NCBI RefSeq assembly: GCF_006345805.1
Contig: NC_043025.1
Location: 11,532,001-11,596,000 of the forward strand
Source of the DNA: Octopus sinensis
Lineage: Eukaryota
Direction of reading: 5' to 3'
Length of the DNA stretch: 64,000 nt
Part shown: piece after piece, positions 61,361 to 64,000 of the stretch
Layout: every line of letters starts with the position of its first letter
Position numbering within the stretch: the stretch's first letter is position 1
Translations under genes and position numbers: made by a program
Notes under the pieces: generated by a model
What the model was told of the DNA's origin: nothing
The model's database searches: none
The model's input: only the letters and a program-made list of their open reading frames with translations

Positions 61361-61998
61361 AGTTAAATTCAAGCACATCATAAGGGTAAAGCTACCAACT
61401 GACGTGTACCCAGAGAGTGTAAAGGCCATTGTGGTCGATAGAGAAACATACAGGAAGCTTAAGGACATGTGTGGAAATAGGATTGACCCAGCTGGAGCAT
61501 TGGTAAAGTTTAATGAGCTGCCACCGGTAATCAATCTGGTGGAGTTAGAGCCCTTATGAGCCAGGCACGGCTTGAGAAGGAACAAATAAAAACAATATTT
61601 ATAAAATAGTAAGCAGAATTTAGGTGTGGTATTTGAAGCTTTATAGGACATACACGTGTTTCATCAAAATGCTGAAATAATTACACAACTGTAGTAGGAA
61701 CGTTATGCAGTCATGCACTTTACCTCACCGGTGTTTCACAAGAAATAAAACAATCAATGAAAAAAAAGACGAAAAAAGAAAGGAAAAGCTTGAAGAAATA
61801 GAAAAAAACCATAATTAAAGGAAAAAAAAATGATCAACAGATAGAGTGTGTACAAATGTTCAAATGGTACTGTATGAGGAGTGGGGCCATTCATCTTCAT
61901 TATTATATTTCATATTCATTTGTTATATGTTTTTTGTCCCCACTGTGGTGTTGTGTCCCCTCTGTGTTAAGTGGCCTGAGTGCCAAAGTAAAGAATCA

Positions 61999-62074
<76 letters not shown>

Positions 62075-62370
62075 ATATATATATGTATATATATATATAT
62101 TATATTTATAAAATGTGGAGGCACATGGCCTAGTGGCTAGAGCAGCGGACTCGCAGTTGGGGGATCGCGGGTTTGAATCTCAGACCGGGCGATGTGTGTG
62201 TTTATGAGCGAAACACCCAAGCTCCATACGGCTCCAGCAGAAGGTAATGGTGAACATCTGCTGACTCTTTTGCAGCTCACCTGCGACGGACCGGCGTCCC
62301 ATCTAGGTGGGGAACCTATACACCAAGGAAGCCAGGAAACTGGCTCTTATGAGCCAGGCATGATACTTAC

Positions 62371-62481
62371 CAGGAAATTCAGCAACAGTTGTCCAGAGAA
62401 GGTCAATATAGTCACCCTTGGACAACATCTTACACTCCAGTGGACAGTGAGGCTCAGCCCTGAAAACAGTCTTGTTACCAA
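62371..62481 (-). CDS. SVOP: SVOP-like transporter exon
   Basis: ctctttcAG acceptor and GTAAGT donor; encodes [36 protein letters not shown](G), cf. SVOP DYMDLLWTTLSEFPG; 111 nt. Confidence 0.95.
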
Positions 62482-62787
62482 CTGAAAGAGAGAGAGAGAG
62501 AGTTAAATATAGTGACCACCACCACTGATGAAATGTTGTTTGGACTCTAGATGCTGAGAGAGAATTTAGAGATAGATAAACAGATAGAGAAAGAGAGAGG
62601 GTGTTAAATATAGTGACACATGAAAGGCAGCAATACTGGCGACACCTAAAAGGGCACCCGTAAAAGGACCCACAAGACACACGTAGTACACTCTATGGAG
62701 TGTTTGGCGTTAGGAAGGGTATGTTGCCATAGAAACCATGCCAAAACTGACCGGAGCTTGATGCAGTCTTCTGACAAACCATAGAAC

Positions 62788-63500
62788 CTTGTGAAAGGTA
62801 GGAGAGTCCAGTTTGCTGGACATTGTTGTAGAGCTGAAAAAGAGGTAATTTCTACTCTTCTCCTCTGGAAGCCATCTACTCGCAATACCAGAGGGCGCAC
62901 ACTCTCCTACTCTGATGTAATCTCCAGAGATACAGGCATCCAGCAACAGGACCTCCGCAATGCCATGATGGACCGTGAAGTCTGGCGTAGCATGGTAAAT
63001 TCCATTGTCTCGACCACGGTCGAAGAATGAATGATGATATATATACATACATATATATACACATACACACACATATAAACACACACACACACACATGGAC
63101 ACGTTAAAAGTCCAGACACGTAGAAGAGTCCAGTTTGCTGGACATTGTTGTAGAGCTGAAAAAGAAGTAATTTCTACTCTTCTCCTCTGGAAGCCATCTA
63201 CCCGCAATACCAGAGGGTGCACACTCTCCTACCCTGATGTAATCTCCAGGGATACAGGCATCCAGCAACAGGACCTCCGCAATGCTGTGATGGACCGTGA
63301 AGTCTAGCGTAGCATGGTAAATTCCATTGTCTCAACCACGGTTGCGATACCAGAGGGCGCACACTCTCCTACCCTGATGTAATCTCCAGGGATACAAGCA
63401 TCCAGCAACAGGACCTCCGTAATGCCATGATGGACCGTGAAGTCTGGCACAGCATGGTAAATTCCATTGTCTCGACCACGGTCAAACAATGATGATGATA
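62788..63500 (+). mobile_element. Three to four adjacent RTE LINE 3' ends
   Basis: VKGRRVQFAGHCCRAEKEVISTLLLW...DLRNAMMDREVWRSMV; (GAT)n tails. Confidence 0.9.
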
Positions 63501-63662
63501 GAACCTATGCCAGAATGGAAAATGGACATTAAATGATGATGATGATGTGGAATCGTACAGACTATAGCCACTAGAACCTCATAATTGTAAGACAAAATTA
63601 TCGATGGCATTGCCATATTGTCTTGAAAAGAAGGAATGTCTTGGAAGACAGCTACCACTTAC

Positions 63663-63739
63663 CAGCACAGTTGCTGCCAGACTCAAAGAGTTCGGTTGTC
63701 ATCAGAATTACACCAAAGTAACAGAAGCTGTTGGAAAAC
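63663..63739 (-). CDS. SVOP: SVOP-like MFS transporter, first coding exon inside the window (upstream exons lie outside)
   Basis: tctttttgtAG acceptor and GTAAGT donor; encodes (W)FSNSFCYFGVILMTTELFESGSNCA(V), resembling vertebrate SVOP WFSNAFSYYGLVLLTTELF; 77 nt, phases 2/1 fit the next exon. Confidence 0.92.
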
Positions 63740-64000
63740 CTACAAAAAGACAAAACATACGAATATATATACATACATGTATATATATATATACATACAC
63801 ATGTGTATGTACATATGCATATATATGTGTATGTGTGTGTGTGTATATACACACACACACAAATTTTAAAATTTTAGAATCTCTGTACTCGAAAATGAGA
63901 GATTCTGTAAAAAAAAGAAAAACTGAAAGTGGGTGCAGTCCAGATTCTTTACATCTGTCTTCTTTTCCATCGTAACCCAAATAACTTGATCAAATAATCT

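Noticed and set aside
47836-63739. Calling the gene SV2A/B/C or an OCT/SLC22 transporter
   Set aside because: Motifs DLLWTT..EFPG, ARAFIS...AYVYTPE and LPIETKG fit SVOP, and there is no large SV2 luminal loop; reciprocal BLAST would finalise orthology

Overview
AT-rich, extremely repeat-dense eukaryotic DNA. The SINE/LINE families look like those I know from octopus genomes; this is inferred from sequence recognition, not a database search. There is one 100-N gap at 21515-21614. Only one host gene is supportable: the last seven coding exons of an SVOP-type MFS transporter on the minus strand (63739 to 47836). All splice sites are GT-AG with compatible phases, giving about 208 C-terminal aa; the 5' exons lie beyond the window. 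Everything else is transposon-derived or simple repeat: tRNA-derived SINEs, CR1/L2-, RTE- and R4-like LINE 3' fragments, a gypsy integrase remnant, Helitrons, and Merlin-, piggyBac-, hAT- and Tc1/pogo-like MITEs. Most listed ORFs are microsatellite artefacts. The highlights are four. (1) A 427-bp palindrome at 15689-16115 carries two complete type I hammerhead ribozyme folds, one per strand, with a variant hammerhead about 450 bp downstream. (2) At least eight unrelated TE families have a fixed sub-fragment amplified head-to-tail, two of them with the same junction at separate loci. (3) Three adjacent long hairpins cluster at 35924-36358. (4) Foldback MITEs carry telomere-like cores, and one has a captured GC-rich insert. 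Coordinates of exons, ribozymes and TIR/TSD ends were counted by hand; other repeat boundaries are approximate.
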